Shown in pieces: positions 21,622 through 32,651 of a stretch of DNA of 64,000 bases (position 1 is the first letter of the stretch; each line of letters opens with the position of its first letter). The DNA is taken from IMG/VR virus record IMGVR_UViG_3300037010_002464. One strand, given 5' to 3'. This DNA comes from a virus. The notes below the pieces were generated by a model, which was not told where the DNA came from, made no database searches, and saw nothing but the letters and a program-made list of their open reading frames with translations. The translations under genes and the position numbers were made by a program.

Positions 21622-23397
21622 ATGGCGATCAGCAACAACAGCCTTGACAAGCGGGTCAGCTCGCTTGTCAAGTACATTCTCGACATCAAGCCGTACCACA
21701 CGAAGCTGCTCGGCTTTACATCCGAGCTCAGCTTCAGCGATTCGCTTGACCTGACCCTTGTTGACAGCCAGCCGCATCACACAGTTCACCACCAAAACGT
21801 GTGGACCGCTCGGGACATCCCGTCGCTTTCACTGGTCTCTGACGGCACAAGCGAAAGCCAGACTTTTGTAGTGCCGCCGACAGTCATGCCGCGCTTCAGC
21901 GTCACTGACTCGCTCAATTACGGTCAGTCACCATTAGGCGATGACCAAGCCTTGTCAAATTTGACAGACACGAACGGTGACGGCGTTCCTAACGCGGGCT
22001 ACCCATGGGCGGGCCAAGCGTCAAGCTCGCACCAGTCAGGTGCTGACTTCATCCCGGTTCGCTTAGCCTTGACATCGCTCAATGTGACGGTTACGAGCGC
22101 AACAGCTAGCACGTATACAGCTACCGTAACAGGTGGAATCGCCACAGGCTATGCAACAGTCACCGGCATCCCGCTCGGAGCGGTTGAGCTTAGGATGGCG
22201 AACGGCCCAACAACCGTCATCGATGCACAGGGCGGCACGTTCAACGTGACCATCTCAGGCACTTATAGTCAAGGCTTCTTCCCAGTCAACGGTACTCTGC
22301 TGCCATTCTCGGACGCGTCGGTCGCAACAGCCTACATCTATAAGCAGGGCTTTGAAGTTTGGGCTGTCAGCAACACAGGGCGCTATGCTGTGCCATGGCA
22401 CAATGCCGCTCATGTACGCGTAAACAACATCCCCAAGGACTTTGGGAACAACGCTGAATGGGTAACAGGTCCGGATCGAAACTACATCCAGTTCCTCGCT
22501 GGGCAGCATCCAAGCTCGTCGGCGAAGATCGACATCAACTTGATGAACGCCGACCGCATGTACATCGCGAAAGCGGCGCCGTTCATCTATGAAGGCAGCA
22601 ACCCCGACTACTTTACCCTCACGGTCTCAAACGCTGCGCCCGGTCGCCGTGCGGTTAGCTTCCACACGTCGGAGCTAGGTGTTCGTAAAGCGATCTTGCA
22701 GGAGCTTGTTGTTTCATCCGCCGCGCCCGACGGCATGTCATGGAAGCTGACAGCCGCCAACTTGTTCACCCTTGCTGTTCAACGTCAAACACCTACAGTA
22801 GGCCCGATCGAGTACGTGTATGTCAACGAGCCGTACTCAAACGGCTACATTAGCTTTACGCTTCGGGCCCCTTGGGTCGAGTACTACCTAACTCATGGCG
22901 TAGGCAGCTATGTCGCCTTCGACATGTCGCTGTATGACGACGAAGAGTATGACCGACCTGCTGACGAAGCTGACATCTGGCCAGACCCTGCTATCAAGAC
23001 AAAGCTGGGTCAGCCGTATGACCCGCTGCCACCGCTGCACGCTCCTGTGCAGTTCATTGCGGTGGGTGAGCTGAAACAGCGTGAAATTAACGGTCAGCCA
23101 CAGTACATCTTCCAGCTCTTTGACGTGCCTCCGCAAGGCACGTTTGTTGAGCTTCGCATCGAGCAAGCTAAGCAGCTTAACCCTCGGCTGCAACTTGGCA
23201 TGCGCGAACGGCTTAACATCATTCAGATGGCAGGTTCGAGCGGTTCGACCACGACGATCTATGACACCGAAGTGTATTCTGGCTACACAATCACTGCAGG
23301 CGGGGCTACAGCTCCTGCTGCGCCGTATGTGTACTTGATCACCGAAACAGGCGACAACCGCGAGACGGAGCTAGGCGACATCCGCATCTTGGAATAA
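21622..23397 (+). CDS. Baseplate-associated structural protein
   Basis: N-terminal YILDIKPYHTKL motif; beta-rich; follows the giant wedge gene. Confidence 0.7.
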   Translation: MAISNNSLDKRVSSLVKYILDIKPYHTKLLGFTSELSFSDSLDLTLVDSQPHHTVHHQNVWTARDIPSLSLVSDGTSESQTFVVPPTVMPRFSVTDSLNYGQSPLGDDQALSNLTDTNGDGVPNAGYPWAGQASSSHQSGADFIPVRLALTSLNVTVTSATASTYTATVTGGIATGYATVTGIPLGAVELRMANGPTTVIDAQGGTFNVTISGTYSQGFFPVNGTLLPFSDASVATAYIYKQGFEVWAVSNTGRYAVPWHNAAHVRVNNIPKDFGNNAEWVTGPDRNYIQFLAGQHPSSSAKIDINLMNADRMYIAKAAPFIYEGSNPDYFTLTVSNAAPGRRAVSFHTSELGVRKAILQELVVSSAAPDGMSWKLTAANLFTLAVQRQTPTVGPIEYVYVNEPYSNGYISFTLRAPWVEYYLTHGVGSYVAFDMSLYDDEEYDRPADEADIWPDPAIKTKLGQPYDPLPPLHAPVQFIAVGELKQREINGQPQYIFQLFDVPPQGTFVELRIEQAKQLNPRLQLGMRERLNIIQMAGSSGSTTTIYDTEVYSGYTITAGGATAPAAPYVYLITETGDNRETELGDIRILE

Positions 23398-23400
23398 CTC

Positions 23401-24558
<1,158 letters not shown>

Positions 24559-24559
24559 T

Positions 24560-24990
24560 ATGCTCTTACAGCACTGCTCTCTTCGGCTTTAGGGCGCCAA
24601 GCGCTGAACGGAGACCCGTTCTATAGCCAAGTGCTTCTATTGCTTCACGCAAACGGCGCAGATACGGCAACGACCTGGGCCTAATGCCCTCGCACCTGAA
24701 TCAGTTATAGGCAATGTCGCATTAACCACGAGCGATTTCAAGTTTAACACAGCAAGCTTGAATTTCCAATCTGTGCTGATCTCAGACTCGTCAGGATACG
24801 GTCGCTCTGTCACAGCAACGCAACAGTTACGAATCTAGCGCGAGCGCTTTAGGGGATTACGCCGAAGCGGCTATGTTCTAAACGCGGCCCTTAACGACGT
24901 AGCACGCAGGAAGCTTGAAGGCTACCTTGCTTGGCAGTGGGGCCTGCAGAGCTCGCTCCCAGCCACCCCTACAAGACTGTAGCACCTTAA
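24560..24990 (+). pseudogene. Collapsed relic of a LamG/lectin-type tail fibre tip gene
   Basis: Out-of-frame fragments GDPFYSQVLLLLHANGAD, GNVALTTSDFKFNTASLNF, DSSGYGRSVT, RRKLEGYLAWQWGLQSSLP, HPYKTVAP*. Confidence 0.75.
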
Positions 24991-24995
24991 ATAGC
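24988..24995 (+). promoter_or_regulatory. Late promoter box TAAATAGC
   Basis: TAAATA ends 6 nt before ATG 25000. Confidence 0.7.
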
Positions 24996-24999
24996 TCCT

Positions 25000-25569
25000 A
25001 TGGACACTAACGCACACCTCAACTTCATCGGCACGGTGATGATCCATGATGACCAAGGTAACTTGGTTGTCAAGAAGCAGAACGCCATCCATCCACAGAA
25101 CATGGCTCTGATCGTTGCACGTGCCTTGGCCCGCGAGGACAACGGCTACGTGTTCGAGCTAGCCTTTGGCAACGGCGGCACGTTCTATAACACAAGCAGC
25201 TCGCTGGTGTACAAGTCACCGAACATCATCGGCTCAGGCGCTTCCTTGTACAACCAGACCTATGCGGTCCAAGTCGATGACCTGACTTCAGGCACTCCGA
25301 CCAGCAACTCGGTGCAAGCGCTACCATCGCCGGCTCCTGCGCTGACTTCGCTCGTTGTAGTAACCGCTCAGCTGTCCGCTCTCGAGCCGTTAGGGCAAGC
25401 CGTAGCAGATAATCTCACAACCGACCCTGAAAGCTCGTTCACCTTTGACGAAATTGGGTTAAAATCTGCAGACGGCCTCCTGCTGTCTCACCTGGTTTTC
25501 AACCCGATCGAGAAGACAGCGAACCGCGCCTGGCTCATCACCTACACCATCACTGTCTCTGCTGCATGA
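25000..25569 (+). CDS. Baseplate/tail-fibre attachment protein
   Basis: KQNAIH..N, LAFGNGG, FTFDEIGL, LSHLVFNPIEK..NR..ITYTI motifs. Confidence 0.75.
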   Translation: MDTNAHLNFIGTVMIHDDQGNLVVKKQNAIHPQNMALIVARALAREDNGYVFELAFGNGGTFYNTSSSLVYKSPNIIGSGASLYNQTYAVQVDDLTSGTPTSNSVQALPSPAPALTSLVVVTAQLSALEPLGQAVADNLTTDPESSFTFDEIGLKSADGLLLSHLVFNPIEKTANRAWLITYTITVSAA

Positions 25570-26090
25570 CAATAGCCGAAGCCATTGACCACACGCAAAT
25601 TCGTAAGTGGACATTGAAGCTTCAACAGCTAATCGTCGAGAGCGATGAGGTCCCGGACCTCGATGTAAAAATCAAGCATGGCCGCTATGATAAAGAGATG
25701 CGGCTCCAGCTCAAGCATCCGTGCGTTGACACGTACCTCTTGTTTACGGTGCACAACAACACGCTCAAGCTGCCTGATCCGATCAAGCATGGTGAATTTT
25801 ACACCAACAGCGTCAATGACCAAGCCGACGTTGACTGGATGCTTAAGCTTGCCGTCTTGACTTCACTCGCATCAGCCTTTGACGGTAGAGGCTATAGCTT
25901 AAAGCTCAGGGTTGCGTCTTCGGTAGCTTTGCCTGCCTTGATCACCTTGAAGGCGCTTACCTTGATCATCGAATTCGGTGATCATCTTGAATGCTCGTGG
26001 GAGCTTGGCAAGATCGTGATTCGCTATGCTGACAAGCGCAAGTCGTTTAAGTCAACGGAGGATGCGGCCAAGTTCATCAATGATTACTGA
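25566..26090 (+). CDS. QQ-helix family protein
   Basis: IRKWTLKLQQLIVESD; ATGA overlap. Confidence 0.65.
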   Translation: MTIAEAIDHTQIRKWTLKLQQLIVESDEVPDLDVKIKHGRYDKEMRLQLKHPCVDTYLLFTVHNNTLKLPDPIKHGEFYTNSVNDQADVDWMLKLAVLTSLASAFDGRGYSLKLRVASSVALPALITLKALTLIIEFGDHLECSWELGKIVIRYADKRKSFKSTEDAAKFINDY

Positions 26091-26142
26091 CAAGTTTCAT
26101 TGAGAATACCCCTCAAGTGACCAGTGCTCTCATAAATATGAC

Positions 26143-26790
26143 GTGGATTACAAACGCATATATCAGAGCCTCATCGATCGAGCAAAATCTCGGTCAATTG
26201 AAGGGTATGTAGAACGTCATCATATTGTTCCGTCATGTATGGGCGGGCTCGATGATGCTTCCAACATTGCTGCGTTAACGCCAGAAGAGCATTTTTTAGC
26301 TCATATCTTGCTGGCTAAGATTCATCCATCTACAAAGTTGATTCACGCTGCTCATATGATGAGCATCACGCGATCATTTGCTTCAAATAAAGCTTATGGT
26401 TGGCTGCGTAGACAGCATGCAAACATTACGCGTGATCAGATGCTGATACGTTGGCAAGATGATCAGTATCGGAATAAAATTCTAGCAGGGCTCCAATCTG
26501 CAAATCTCGACCCAGCCAATAAAGCTAAAAGGTCAGAGAAGCTTAAAGCTGTTTGGCAAGATCCGATCTTGAGGCAACTCATGATGGGCAACAGAGTTGG
26601 ATCATCGCGTACATTTACTGAAGAGCATAAAGCAAATATCAGTAAAGCTCGATTAGGCAAAGAGCCGGCTAACAAAGGAAAGAGAACAGGCGTTCCTGCA
26701 TGGAATGCCGGTTCTAGCGCGTCAGAAGAGACGCGACAAAGAATGCGCGAAAGCGCAAAGCTGAGGTGGGAAAAGCATCATGCAAAATAA
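26143..26790 (+). mobile_element. Free-standing HNH homing endonuclease with NUMOD3-like tail
   Basis: ERHHIVPSCMGGLD..SN...LTPEEHFLAH; EEHKANISKA; AT-rich; TAAATA at 26133. Confidence 0.85.
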
Positions 26791-27001
26791 TTTCTCTACA
26801 GTAGACATCATTCTCGCCGCTTACCTGAAGGTTAAGGGCTACAAGCTGCAGAACATCGTGCGCAATGGCAATCGGGGCACATTTGTCTTTGAGGTTGTGC
26901 CTGCTATGATTCTTGAAGAGTATGACTTAGGCAACGCGCTGATCGAACCAAAAGCTCTCAACGGCGAGATCAGGTCACTGACCACAGCAACGCGTCGCTA
27001 A
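26780..27001 (+). CDS. Small conserved phage protein (DUF5659-like)
   Basis: TVDIILAAYLKVKGYKL...GNRGTFVF pattern. Confidence 0.55.
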   Translation: MQNNFSTVDIILAAYLKVKGYKLQNIVRNGNRGTFVFEVVPAMILEEYDLGNALIEPKALNGEIRSLTTATRR

Positions 27002-27639
27002 TGTACGTCGACTACCGCTCGTTAGAGCCGTACGGCGCGAACTTCGTGCCACAGTTCCACCCACCTGTGATTACCGCCGTCACCCTCGACGGCGAGTTTT
27101 GCCAGCGCGTGATTGCAAGCTTGAGCAACCCTCAAGCTTCGGGCGTGTATGACAGTGAAGTGACGCTTCACAAGCAGGTGGTTGACACCTACCATCGGTC
27201 CTCAAAAGCCATGCAGCTTGAGCCTGAGCTTTATGCCCAGGTCGCTCAGCGCATGACAGCGGCTGTCACCCATCACACGACCGCGCTGCTTGGTAAGCCG
27301 GCGTTCCTCTCAGAGCCTCTTCAGTTCTTGTCATACGCTGACGTTGACAAAGGGCACTTTCTCGCTCATACAGACAACGCATACTACGACGCAAAAGGCG
27401 TCTTCAGGTACACCTCGCCGCATCGGCAGCTGACCTGCATCATGTACCTCAATGAGGACTATGAAGGCGGCGACCTAGTGCTGCATTCGGTGCATCACAG
27501 CGATGGCTCGATTGTCAAGCTGCACCCTGCTACGGGAGGCATGGTCCTCTTCCCATCCGACATCCGCTTCCTGCATGAGGTCACGCCCTTGACTAAGGGT
27601 AAGCGCTACTCCGTAGTCGGTTGGTTCAGCGTTAAATAA
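27001..27639 (+). CDS. 2OG-Fe(II) oxygenase, prolyl-4-hydroxylase-like
   Basis: HTD, YLNEDYEGG, HEVTP, GKRYSVVGW: intact HxD...H triad and the 2OG-binding Arg. Confidence 0.9.
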   Translation: MYVDYRSLEPYGANFVPQFHPPVITAVTLDGEFCQRVIASLSNPQASGVYDSEVTLHKQVVDTYHRSSKAMQLEPELYAQVAQRMTAAVTHHTTALLGKPAFLSEPLQFLSYADVDKGHFLAHTDNAYYDAKGVFRYTSPHRQLTCIMYLNEDYEGGDLVLHSVHHSDGSIVKLHPATGGMVLFPSDIRFLHEVTPLTKGKRYSVVGWFSVK

Positions 27640-27654
27640 GCCGTTCGCAACGGC
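27633..27654 (+). promoter_or_regulatory. Late promoter TAAATA plus hairpin GCCGTT-cgc-AACGGC
   Basis: Box 27633-38 overlaps the upstream stop; 6-bp stem 27640-54. Confidence 0.6.
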
Positions 27655-27701
27655 AAGACCGGAATGTTGTGGGCGCTCGATGAGCCGGCATCGGAGACAA
27701 C

Positions 27702-29273
27702 ATGACATTCAACTACACGCTTAACTGGTCTAATGACTCGTTAAAGACTCCGTTTACGCTGCCAGCAGGCAGCATTGATACCTCATCCACGTCCTTAGCC
27801 TTGACAGGCAAAGCAGCGCCGAACTGGGGTGAGCGCGTGCAGGAGAACCTGATCAGGCTGCTTGAGCACTTTGCCAGCTCAAGCGCTCCGCCGCACCCGA
27901 CCACCGGTCAGCTTTGGTACAACAGCACTGACAATCAGATGCTGCTCTACACAATCAGCGGCAACTGGGTTGTAGTGTGGCCTCACCCGACAGCCGGTCC
28001 GTCGCCGTCGCCATCGCCTACCCCGACTCCGGGCCCATCGCCTACGCCTACCCCGACTCCAGGCCCGTCGCCGGCCATCATCTTCTCTGGTGCTTCGTTC
28101 GCGCCGTCGAGCGTTACCACCGGCTCTAGCTCGACCCTGACCCTGACCTTCACGTCTGCGGTTGACCAGTCAGTCACGACCGGCATCACGCTCAACAACA
28201 CAACGGGCGGCTTAACCGGAACGTTTGGTGGTTCGGTCTCGCAATCACTGATCATCTCGAGCGGTGTCGGCCACATCACGTACACAATTGGCAGCTCAGC
28301 AGCGGGCGTCAAGACCGTGCAGGCCGTTGTCAATAGCGGCACCAACATGACCGTGGGCGCAACCCAATCGGCCAACATCACAGTCAACGCTCCGGCGCCT
28401 AGCCCAACGCCGACACCGACGCCTACCCCGTCTCCAAGCCCACCAGGCAAGGGCACGCCAACGCCGACTCCGTCGCCAGGAACTCCAGTTCCAAGCCCGG
28501 CACCTACGTTGACAGGCTTCACGGCTATGTCTGCTACGCCGACTTCGACCACGCTTGGCACAAACGTGGTCTTCCACCTGACCTTCACGGGCACGCCGAA
28601 CGCTACGAGCTTGCCTGTCAACGTCAACCTGGCTCCTGGCTCTGGCTTGAGCGGTCCGTCAGGCATTACAGCTACTACGGTCTCGATGAACTCGAGCGGC
28701 GTTGGCGTTGTAGACTTCACGTACGCGACAACAGGAACTGGCACGCTGACGCTTAACGCGCTCTCGCTCCTGCAACCACGGTCAGCGAGCGTTAGCGTGT
28801 CTGGCGTTCCGGGCGGCGTGGTCCACATCAATGCCTACTACCAAAGCACGTTCTACGGCGAAGCTGCTAGGATCAGCTTGGCATCGGGTGTTAACACTGT
28901 CAATATCCAAAACCTCTACACAGGTGACACCGTCACGCTCGCTCCTAACGGAACCGTGCATTTCGGTACTGACGGTGGCATTGCATATGACTACGATCCA
29001 GGCACGGGCAACAACTCGATTCCGGTACATGCAGATGCATCCGTAACGGGTCACCTGTATCCGATCAGCTACTCAGGTCGCGCTAACATCATCACGGCAA
29101 CGATGAATTCAGCAGGAACTATCACCATGTACTTCTACATGTGCGGTAACGCTCACGACTTTGCCGTTACTAACGGCAATGATCATCACGCATGGACCAC
29201 GGCTACTATCACCTCTACCATGTACAACCAGGGTATCGACGGTTACGTCAACGGTTCTGGCTCGTTTGAGTAA
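27702..29273 (+). CDS. Virion fibre/appendage, paralog of 10782-12671
   Basis: Same ~95-aa N-terminal anchor; long PS/PT tracts; Ig-like modules; different C-terminal tip. Confidence 0.8.
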   Translation: MTFNYTLNWSNDSLKTPFTLPAGSIDTSSTSLALTGKAAPNWGERVQENLIRLLEHFASSSAPPHPTTGQLWYNSTDNQMLLYTISGNWVVVWPHPTAGPSPSPSPTPTPGPSPTPTPTPGPSPAIIFSGASFAPSSVTTGSSSTLTLTFTSAVDQSVTTGITLNNTTGGLTGTFGGSVSQSLIISSGVGHITYTIGSSAAGVKTVQAVVNSGTNMTVGATQSANITVNAPAPSPTPTPTPTPSPSPPGKGTPTPTPSPGTPVPSPAPTLTGFTAMSATPTSTTLGTNVVFHLTFTGTPNATSLPVNVNLAPGSGLSGPSGITATTVSMNSSGVGVVDFTYATTGTGTLTLNALSLLQPRSASVSVSGVPGGVVHINAYYQSTFYGEAARISLASGVNTVNIQNLYTGDTVTLAPNGTVHFGTDGGIAYDYDPGTGNNSIPVHADASVTGHLYPISYSGRANIITATMNSAGTITMYFYMCGNAHDFAVTNGNDHHAWTTATITSTMYNQGIDGYVNGSGSFE

Positions 29274-29280
29274 ACAAGAT

Positions 29281-29302
29281 GGGCCGAATTCGGCCCCTCT
29301 TT
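29281..29302 (+). terminator. Hairpin GGGCCG-AATT-CGGCCC with a short pyrimidine tail
   Basis: Perfect palindrome 29281-96 after the fibre stop; weak U-tract. Confidence 0.45.
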
Positions 29303-29315
29303 CATCACATAGCAT

Positions 29316-30023
29316 ATGATCATCAAATTGAAGCCTCAGTGGCTCTTGAAAAGCACAGGTGTCGGCGAGGCTTTGCTCGTAAGCGAAAACGTCAAGCATG
29401 TTGAGCCGCTTGACAGGCAAAAGTTCCTCGACCGCTTGGTAGTCGGCATTGACGTTACTGACCTCGACGATGACGAGATGGAGCTGCTCGAAGCGTACAA
29501 CGCTCGAGGCTTTCTTGCCTTTGACCCACATCCGAGCATGGCAGGCTGGGAGCTCCACGGGGCCGCCTGGGCCGACGTGCAAGAACAGCTCAAGCACGTC
29601 ACGTACAATTTCATCGACCTGACTAAGAACAGCGTCGGTCAGCTGGTAGCTGACGGCCTCGAAGAGAACGGGATGTATCCGGCTGATGACGCCAAGCTTA
29701 CGTTGGTCTTCGCTGACTCTTACCTTGACCTCCCTGACATGCCGGGCAAGACGTATCTGCCGGTCATCTGCAATCGTATGAGGCTCTGGCTTGGCCCAAT
29801 GTGCTTTCCCTGGACGAAACTAAACGTACGCACATTCGTTCGTCTCAACGAGAGCTACCTTGACACGGCTAACTACAGCCTGCCGCTGGCGTTTCACAAC
29901 TTGCAGGTAGCCTGGCTCATTACAGCTTTGCTCCAGCTGGTAGCCCTCAACCACAGTCGATACGTGGGGAGCTTTGTTGAGCTAAATATGCTCAAGATGA
30001 AGACCGTCATTCACCCATTCTAA
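29316..30023 (+). CDS. TOMM cyclodehydratase docking (RRE + ThiF/E1-like) homolog, degenerate
   Basis: KLKPQW..GEALLVSE, GWELHG, LTLVFADSYL, LWLGPM.FP, ELNMLKMKTVIHP follow the order of TOMM leader-binding proteins; no CxxC. Confidence 0.6.
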   Translation: MIIKLKPQWLLKSTGVGEALLVSENVKHVEPLDRQKFLDRLVVGIDVTDLDDDEMELLEAYNARGFLAFDPHPSMAGWELHGAAWADVQEQLKHVTYNFIDLTKNSVGQLVADGLEENGMYPADDAKLTLVFADSYLDLPDMPGKTYLPVICNRMRLWLGPMCFPWTKLNVRTFVRLNESYLDTANYSLPLAFHNLQVAWLITALLQLVALNHSRYVGSFVELNMLKMKTVIHPF

Positions 30024-30026
30024 GCT

Positions 30027-30461
30027 ATGTACGAAGCCAAAACCCTCACTCGTCTTGACCATCGCCGAATCCAACGGTACCTGATGCAGCATGATCCACT
30101 GCTCGCGACGCACACTCAGCTGACACAGTACTTCCTGACCCCGACCGACACGACCGGCATCTATGAGGTTACCGACACAGGGACTGACATGACTGTAGCC
30201 GCGGCGCTCTATACGATCATGCATGAGAAGGGCGGAGCCTACATTCATCACTGGTTCGGCAGCATCGCGCACCTTGACCTGGTCGCTGACAAGCTCGCTC
30301 TGCCCACGCAAATCTTCTTGAAGGAAGGCGTTGAGCCGCCGGCGGGTTGGACTCACGTGCTGTCTGTTACCCCTGGCATGATGATTGACCACCCTGTCTA
30401 CCGCACGGTCTTCTCTCGTGTCGCCCCTCGGTTCAACGGAGCGGTCTACACACGTGCTTAG
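30027..30461 (+). CDS. Hypothetical protein, possibly a degenerate GNAT fold
   Basis: Packed in the operon; pattern only weakly GNAT-like. Confidence 0.4.
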   Translation: MYEAKTLTRLDHRRIQRYLMQHDPLLATHTQLTQYFLTPTDTTGIYEVTDTGTDMTVAAALYTIMHEKGGAYIHHWFGSIAHLDLVADKLALPTQIFLKEGVEPPAGWTHVLSVTPGMMIDHPVYRTVFSRVAPRFNGAVYTRA

Positions 30462-30972
30462 ACAGCTGCTACCTTCTGACTGGCGAGCCATGCGTAAGCT
30501 GCGCGCCACTAAGACAACTCACGCCGGCGCTGCGGTGACCGCAATCACGACAGCTCCACTGCTCAGCGTGCACGCCCGTTACCAGCATGCACCGCACTAC
30601 GCTGTAGGCAAGTTTGACGGTGACCGGTTGACAGCCTTCATCTGCGCCTACGCGCACGTTGACTTCTGGGTGCTCGACTTGATGGTCTCTGACGGTGACC
30701 CCAAAGAGCTAAGAGAGTGCTTGTCGGAGTGCTTGAAATTTTATGAATCTTTAAACGTCACGAAGTTCTACTACGCTTTCCCTGCGAAGTGGGCACGAGC
30801 CTACCGGTCCTTCTGGCGAGACGGCACGGAGGACTTGCGCAAGTACACCATCGAGGACGTATGCGCGGTCGAGCCGTACAAGAAGGTAGCTGACCCGATC
30901 CTCTGGGAGCATGTCATGCATGAGACTGTGCTTGCCATCCCGCTGCTAATCCGCCGTTCCTATGTCGCCTAA
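30454..30972 (+). CDS. GNAT-like acyltransferase
   Basis: Start GTG 30454 MLRQLLPSD; AVGKFDGDRLTAFI; CLKFYESLNVTKFY. Confidence 0.5.
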   Translation: MLRQLLPSDWRAMRKLRATKTTHAGAAVTAITTAPLLSVHARYQHAPHYAVGKFDGDRLTAFICAYAHVDFWVLDLMVSDGDPKELRECLSECLKFYESLNVTKFYYAFPAKWARAYRSFWRDGTEDLRKYTIEDVCAVEPYKKVADPILWEHVMHETVLAIPLLIRRSYVA

Positions 30973-31759
30973 TCCGCACGTCACTAGGATACACCTACCC
31001 GCGCACGCTGTAGGCCTTGCCGGTCTATTTTATGCCGTTCATAGCATGTCTTGGGGACTTCTCGCTTCCTTCTTGGCCCTCAATCTGTGGTTCTCAGGCT
31101 TAGGCGTGAGCGTCGGGTTTCACCGATACTTCACGCATCGAGCGTTTACCACGAACGCGTTCTGGCGCTATGTCATGCTTATCGGCGGCTCGCTGGCGGG
31201 CCAAGGCTCTGTCATCTTCTGGGTCGCTTTACATCGGTTGCATCACCCAAACTCAGACAAGCTACCTGACATCCACACGCCGACAAAAGGGTTCTGGCAC
31301 GCATACATGGGCTGGATCTTCTCGATCAAGCCTACTGACGTGTCCATGTCGCTTGCGAGCGACCTAATCAAAGACAAGTGGTGCAAACTTGCACATCGCC
31401 GGTACACGACCTTGCTGTGGAGCTGGTGGGCTTTGCTCGCCATCCTAGCCTGTTTCGAACCGACTCGTGCTATTGCAGCGGGAGCCGCTATCGCGGGGAT
31501 GATAAGTATCCATCAAGAGGCGATCATCAACAGCTTCTGTCATGACAGGCGATTCGGCAAGGCTGACCACCTGACCAAGGACAATAGCCGGAACATTCGG
31601 TGGCTTGCGTGGCTGACTTGGGGGCAAACCCTCCACAACACCCACCACGCCTTTCCAGGCTCCGCTAACTTTGCTGTTGACACGCCTCAAGCTTGTGACC
31701 CAGGCTACCATCTCATAAAGCATATCAGCCATGACATCACGCATCTACAAAGGGTATGA
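30962..31759 (+). CDS. Membrane fatty-acid desaturase (delta-9-like)
   Basis: Three His boxes HRYFTH, HRLHH, HNTHH; hydrophobic segments. Confidence 0.92.
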   Translation: MSPNPHVTRIHLPAHAVGLAGLFYAVHSMSWGLLASFLALNLWFSGLGVSVGFHRYFTHRAFTTNAFWRYVMLIGGSLAGQGSVIFWVALHRLHHPNSDKLPDIHTPTKGFWHAYMGWIFSIKPTDVSMSLASDLIKDKWCKLAHRRYTTLLWSWWALLAILACFEPTRAIAAGAAIAGMISIHQEAIINSFCHDRRFGKADHLTKDNSRNIRWLAWLTWGQTLHNTHHAFPGSANFAVDTPQACDPGYHLIKHISHDITHLQRV

Positions 31760-32651
31760 CGGCGTAGCCGACATTCCGCGCACCAACAATGAGCAGTGCT
31801 ACCAGGTCTGGTTCGAGCGCCCGACTCGCCCGCCGATGTCGTTGAGACAAGAGTCCTTGGCCGCAGCGAAGGACCTCGCTGCTACATATCCTGACAAGGA
31901 GCTGATGGTCCTCTTCAGCGGCGGCCTTGACAGCGAGTGGATCTGTGAGAGCCTGTGGACCGCTGGAGTCAAGTTTACGCCGACGATCATGAATAACGGC
32001 GCAAACAATCATGACCTCTACTGGGCTAGGCGTTGGTGCGCTCGTCGGGACGTCACGCCGTATGAGCACTTCTTCGACCTCAAGAGCTGGTACGGCAGCG
32101 ACGAGCAGTTCGAGATTGCGGCCAACTGTCAAACCACCGAGCTCGCTTACACCGGGCAGCTGAAGATGATGCTGGACCTGAACTCGCCTGACCGCGTGTT
32201 CATCCATTGCTATGACGAGCCAGGCCTGGTCGCTGATGACAGCGGTCCCGAGCGCGTGTGGAACCTGTACTACAGCGAGCGCCACTATTCAGTGACCAAG
32301 TTCCTGACCTATTACGGCATTAACTCGAAGCCGAACGGGTGGATCGACACAAACCTGACCAATGCCTTCATCAGGACGCCGACCATGCAGCTCCTGGTGG
32401 CTAACATGTGGCGGCCGCAGATCTGGAGCTCAGAGATGCTCAAGGTCAAGTACTATCAAGGGGCGTTCCCGACGCTCGAAGCTCGGCAAAAGTATACTGG
32501 CTTTGAAAACATGCTTGACGTAGTCGTGCCGATCAATCAGCGTTGGAAAATGCTATGTCAAGAGCGGTACGGTACAATCTGGATGGATGACTTCTCTCGC
32601 CCGATCAAGGAGGTCTGGGCGGAGCTAGAGAACATAGAGGTAGCAGAATGA
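31731..32651 (+). CDS. N-type ATP pyrophosphatase (Asn-synthetase/AANH-like)
   Basis: PP-loop LFSGGLDSE; C-terminal RQKYTGFE; no glutaminase domain. Confidence 0.7.
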   Translation: MTSRIYKGYDGVADIPRTNNEQCYQVWFERPTRPPMSLRQESLAAAKDLAATYPDKELMVLFSGGLDSEWICESLWTAGVKFTPTIMNNGANNHDLYWARRWCARRDVTPYEHFFDLKSWYGSDEQFEIAANCQTTELAYTGQLKMMLDLNSPDRVFIHCYDEPGLVADDSGPERVWNLYYSERHYSVTKFLTYYGINSKPNGWIDTNLTNAFIRTPTMQLLVANMWRPQIWSSEMLKVKYYQGAFPTLEARQKYTGFENMLDVVVPINQRWKMLCQERYGTIWMDDFSRPIKEVWAELENIEVAE

